Shown here one piece after another: positions 35,852-36,902 of a stretch of DNA of 36,902 bases. The stretch's first letter is position 1; each line of letters begins with the position of its first letter. The stretch is taken from the IMG/VR virus record IMGVR_UViG_3300037608_000183, positions 1 through 36,902 of that record; one strand, given 5' to 3'. The DNA comes from a virus (lineage: Duplodnaviria; Caudoviricetes). The notes under the pieces are model-generated. The model had not been told where the DNA came from, searched no databases, and saw nothing but the letters and a program-made list of their open reading frames with translations. Made by a program: the position numbers and the translations under genes.

Positions 35852-36199
35852 CTCACGTACCGTCCCTGGGTGGACGACACCATCCTGACCTGGCTCAGAG
35901 TGGTGCCTGACGGAGCCCGACCCGGCGACTGGCGTGGCCGAGCATGGCGGCGGAGGCCGCCCGTACAATGCCATCACCATCGAGCGGGGCGACATCCGCT
36001 GGAGCTGGGGCCGGCCCCTTCGTCACCTGATCGACCCGGAGCGCATGGCGACCAATCCCTGGCTGACGCCAGACAATCCGTACCCGACCGTATAGTGACC
36101 CCGTCATAACGTCGGACAAACGGATGATACGACAGCGGGCGGCTCGACCGGGCAGTGGGGCTCGGGCAGTCGCCCGCTGCCGTAAAGTAGAGTCCCTAG

Positions 36200-36856
36200 A
36201 TGGGACACTTGCGGCCACTGCGACCCAACGACGCGCCAACCCCTCCTGACGAGTTAGACGATCCACCAGACGAGCCCAACGATTCCAACCTGCAGCAGTG
36301 GAGCTGGGCGGACGTCGAGTCAGTGCTCGACCAGATGGACCCGGCGATGGCCGACATCCTGATATTCCGCATGCGCGACGGCATGACCCAGCGCGCGATC
36401 GCCCGCATGATGGGGCTGACTCAGGCCGCGATTAGCTGGCGCCAGCGCCGAGCGGTCAAGGCGGCGCAGTGGCTGCTGGCTAGGCGTGCGGCGTGCGGCA
36501 ATATCACGCGTGACGAGATGTACCGGGATCTGCGCGCATTGCTGGATGAGCGAGACATCGAGATGGCGTGGCACATGTACACCACCACGTGCCAGACGCG
36601 CACTGCGGAGGCGTGCGGCATCACCCAGGCGGTTGTCAACTCGGTATATGCGCGCATCATGCGCGTGCTGGCGCAGGCCGCGCGACGTGACCCATCGCTG
36701 GCCAAATACTTCACTGCGATGCAGATGCTGCGGAACCACTGGTGCGTCGCCACAACCTGGCGGCTCTGGCAAGCCGATATGCCCGAGCGGCTGCGGGCTG
36801 ACGAGCCGCTGCCGCGGGCGACATTGCACCGTTGGCCGCGAAAGTCAAAGCATTAA
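36200..36856 (+). CDS. sigma70 region-4-like transcriptional regulator with two HTH units (probable late activator)
   Basis: LDQMDPAMADILIFRMRDGMTQRAIARMMGLTQAAISWRQRRA and LLDERDIE..TQTRTAEACGITQAVV. Confidence 0.75.
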   Translation: MGHLRPLRPNDAPTPPDELDDPPDEPNDSNLQQWSWADVESVLDQMDPAMADILIFRMRDGMTQRAIARMMGLTQAAISWRQRRAVKAAQWLLARRAACGNITRDEMYRDLRALLDERDIEMAWHMYTTTCQTRTAEACGITQAVVNSVYARIMRVLAQAARRDPSLAKYFTAMQMLRNHWCVATTWRLWQADMPERLRADEPLPRATLHRWPRKSKH

Positions 36857-36902
36857 AACTTTTATGAAATACCCTATATGCAACAGTTAGGGGTGCTGCG
36901 AC

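Overview
The window reads as a near-complete or complete ~37 kb, high-GC temperate myovirus genome, almost all on the + strand and translationally coupled. It opens with a perfect 22-bp inverted repeat and a probable HTH-bearing terminase small subunit. An inserted module follows (dual glycosyltransferase/TPR protein, small membrane peptide, radical SAM enzyme), then TerL. Next come a Mu-like head (portal, protease/scaffold, decoration protein, major capsid), a contractile tail (sheath, tube, chaperone with a -1 slippery site, tape measure, baseplate) and putative receptor-binding and holin-like genes. The right arm holds a structured leader region, a candidate intact attP next to a large serine recombinase, an iteron-like origin, an AAA/RepA-like helicase, several small HTH genes, a sigma54-type promoter and a sigma70-region-4-like regulator. 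I could not recognise a Mu transposase, CI repressor, endolysin or spanins. All product calls come from motifs and gene order read by eye, not from database searches.
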